A stretch of DNA of 64,000 nucleotides from contig NC_092670.1 of assembly GCF_964355755.1 (NCBI RefSeq), positions 6,748,201 through 6,812,200 on the forward strand, read 5' to 3'. The notes beneath the pieces were generated by a model. It did not search any database. It was not told where the DNA came from and was given only the letters and a program-made list of their open reading frames with translations. Below, one piece after another: positions 60,756 through 64,000 of the stretch (position 1 is the first letter of the stretch; each line of letters starts with the position of its first letter). This DNA is from Antedon mediterranea. Lineage: Eukaryota; Animalia; Echinodermata. The translations under genes were made by a program, and so were the position numbers.

Positions 60756-61834
60756 AAGTGGACGAATCAGAATGGAGCGTTGTGGTGCGCGGTATTTTGG
60801 AAAGCTGTGTTGGGTGTGTGATACAAAGAAGGGACTGACTCACGAGACGGGACAGGTCGGAGACGCTGGCAGTGAACTGTGTTCAAGACGGGAAGCGAGG
60901 TAGGATGATAAGAATGGAGAAGTTTGTGATTCAAACCAACCACTCGGTATCATACCTATCTATAGTTGTGTCATGTATTTTGTGCACCGTGAAAGGAAAT
61001 AAATGGAGCTCGTGCTTCTTGCATAATACTCTGAGTCTCGGTTATTGTTTGTTCCAAACCTCGTTGTTGCTATTTAGGTATTTCGGCCAAAACTGGTCGT
61101 AACACTAGAATAAACAAGGAAGTAATAGGTTTATATTTATTTAGTATTTCTTGGTTCATATCTAATAAGTACTATGCGCTTTTTCTTTGTACCTTCACAA
61201 TTTGCAACCTTCAAAAGAGAAACTTCTTATGTTAAATCAAATTTAGTAAAACCAATTTTGTGTTTATATTATGGTATCACTCACAGAATACTATACTCGT
61301 CTTGGCAGTTTTGATAAATTTGCGGTGGTATAGTTCACATTTAAAACATTCAACTTTGCTTATTGTCATGGTAAATTGAAATAGTGGCAGTGTATTGTAG
61401 TTTATTACACCGCTACTACTTGTAATATATATTTTCCAACTGCAGTAATATTTTTAAATATTATCGGTACAGTATCTATATATTCCTCCAGTATCATGAT
61501 CAAGTTTTGATAATACAAAATCACTTTTGTTTCACTTGTGTCTTCTAGAATCATGCCATAACCTATCTCTTAACTTAACCTTACAAGATACAGACAAAAC
61601 ACACACACACTAAAAATAAGTTACTGTATCACTAGGCATATATTTGAGTGTGTGGGGATACAGCACTGAGTATCTAGTATTAAAATCATAGAATGTAACT
61701 CCAAGTAACCCTTCCACACAATTGTTGCATGACTTCCTTATACATATCGACTTTCTATTTTATGACGTTTTCTACAGAATATTCAAAAGAAAGTCACAGA
61801 ATAAACAAGGAACCTACAAGTTCATAAAGCAGTA

Positions 61835-62305
61835 ATAGGTTTATAATTATTTAGTATTTCTCGGTTCAAATAGAATCCTACATTATTCAAAAGTGTTTTG
61901 AAAGGCTACGATTCAAAATAATGTACAATGTATTGTAAACTATAATGCATTATTCTTTATTACTCTTTTGAACCTCCTAGTACCTATTTAAACATAAGAT
62001 CAAGCTAAACGTATATAAAGCACTATTTATACATGTATTTATTAGTTTCTTGTCCAAACAAACAACTAGTTTTATATTTATTTAGTATTTCTTGGTTCAA
62101 ATAGAATTCTATATATCCAAAAAGTTTTTTGAAAGGCTACGATTCAAAATAAACACGTCACAACTGTCTACGTTCGTCTACAAAAATATAAACACCAATA
62201 TAAAACCATTTGAGCATCTTAATCCTTTGAACCCCACGGTACTATTTAAACATATCAGATCAAGATAAACGTATATAAAGAACTATTTCTACATTCATTT
62301 ATTGA
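61835..62305. repeat. Diverged tandem duplication, about 235 bp x 2
   Basis: TTTGAAAGGCTACGATTCAAAATAA and AGATCAAG(C/A)TAAACGTATATAAAG each occur twice. Confidence 0.75.
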
Positions 62306-62426
62306 TACTGTTCCATTCAACTTTGTGTACATTTCACATGTTTACACCATTTTAAAGATATTATTTTGAGTGAAACTTTTTAGTTGTATCAGACGATACC
62401 TACCTCGTGTTTACATTTATAGGAAA

Positions 62427-62484
62427 ATGTTACTAACATTTCTGATTTTGATACTTCGAATATCTAATCTTGTCAATTCACAAA
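62427..62484 (+). CDS. Putative first coding exon (signal peptide) of a second HYR-domain gene
   Basis: AAAATG; MLLTFLILILRISNLVNSQ; donor A|GTGAGT in phase 1, in frame with the exon at 63156. Confidence 0.65.
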
Positions 62485-63155
62485 GTGAGTATTTTTGTCC
62501 AAATTAGCTTTATAACTGACAGTTGTTTCGCAATGGTTTGTATTGATTGATAATTACAAATACTATAAACGTTTTAAGTAGTGTATCGTCACATGCTAAT
62601 GTACTATTAATAATGTACTAAAATCGAATGTTAATACCATGCTCATAAATATTTTCCACAGATTATTCTGAAAATAAGTTCTAACGCAAAGATTGGCAAT
62701 GTCAAAGTAATTTATTTTTGTATATCCGCTTATACGTTTAAATTTTACTTTAGCATTTTGTTTTTCCTTCACCAACACATAAATTGACAAGATGATACAA
62801 TGTTAAAAATGTAATTGTTAGGTCACATATATATTTTACATATTATAATATTATTATTAGGTAGGCCGAATAAAAAATAATTCGTCTTTGCGTATTCTAG
62901 GATATATACGATTTATGATCCTCGCAGCGGTAGTTATGTGATGCAATTTCAACCAATCACGTTCACGTATTTACATAGGCTATGTAATATATATAATTTA
63001 TATATTTCATTTATATTTATAATAATGTTGACAATAATTTGTTCTTGAGCTATGGAAAATGTTGTACTCTGTATTATTTTTGCGATATAAAATATGAAAT
63101 GAATAATTAATTAGTTGTTAGTGAAAAAAAGTTCTTAATTGTATTTTTTTCACAG

Positions 63156-63410
63156 TCACATTTGATAATTGTCCAGGAGATGAGACAATAAACAACACCG
63201 GGGCATTTCCATATGCATACACTATCCCAGTGATTACAGCAACCGTGAATTCAAGTGGTTTAGCTGCAGATGTCCAGATTACATCAACACCTGCATATTT
63301 TCCAGGTATTGTTGTAAACTTTGGAGTAAATTACGTTATTATTCTTCAATATACAGCGTTTGCCAATGGTGAAACGGGCGTTATATGTGAATTTTCTGTA
63401 ACATTTCTCG
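63156..63410 (+). CDS. Divergent HYR-like exon of the second gene (continues beyond window)
   Basis: Polypyrimidine-CAG acceptor, G|GTAAGT donor, 255 nt; ITFDNCP...YTA...CEFSVTF. Confidence 0.8.
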
Positions 63411-64000
63411 GTAAGTATCTCATAATGTTTGTCATATGCAGCAATGTCAATAAATAATAATAATAATATAATAAATCACCATCAACAAAATTATAATAGT
63501 CTTTGTCAGCAAATGATTGTGATAATTAGAAATAAGTATCATTTGTCATATGAGTATTTAGTAAATTATTTTTTCTAACAGTAACTTATTAATTTATCCT
63601 ATACCATTTTAAGTAAAATAATTCTAATATCCTAAATTAAAAGAGTTCAGTTCAGTTCAATAACGTTTATTCCATAATGGTAAACATTATAACAGTAAAA
63701 CAATATATAATACAAATCGTCCAATTTAACCCATTTCCCGAACACCGTTCAAGAAAATAAAATCATGTACCTTTAATAATTTCGAACCCTATCTGACTCA
63801 ATATTTAACAAATTAAAATATTATTGTATATATATAGTGTTTAGATAGTGAGTCGGATAGGGTTCGAAATTCGAAATTATTATAGCAGACTGTTATTATT
63901 TTGTTATTGAAGTTTGTCGAGCAGTCGAATGCCCAAATGACATTGCAGTAATGTAAATATGGTACAATTGCAGTGAATTTTCACTCTTATCTTGTAAAAT

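Larger units (their letters stand above)
59068..61104 (+). mobile_element. Solo LTR (about 410 bp net) interrupted by a hAT element
   Basis: TGTTACG...CGTAACA termini; 4-bp TSD CTAG; AATAAA near 60999; paralogous empty site near 61790. Confidence 0.8.

Overview
AT-rich eukaryotic genomic DNA, probably an invertebrate deuterostome such as an echinoderm (inferred from the HYR-rich gene and TE content). 4280-43322 (+) holds the 3' 56 exons of a giant adhesion GPCR that reads in frame by manual splicing (about 4,400 aa in this window; N-terminus lies upstream). Its order is 42 one-exon HYR domains, EGF, Ig, SEA, HRM-like, GAIN/GPS, 7TM. HYR exons 2-27 form a nested super-repeat [AB(CDEF)2GH]2AB. 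Its introns carry two LINE fragments, a full-length Gypsy element with near-identical LTRs, and a minisatellite with a Harbinger-type MITE. 44.2-56.4 kb is a four-level nest of DNA transposons with an internal ~190-bp satellite. 58-61 kb has a second AcademH-like copy and a solo LTR split by a hAT element. A second HYR gene (signal-peptide exon plus first HYR exon) starts at 62427. The palindrome TAGGCCTA is strongly enriched in TE DNA and differs between two otherwise near-identical LTRs. All coordinates, counts and family calls were made by eye; no database search was run.
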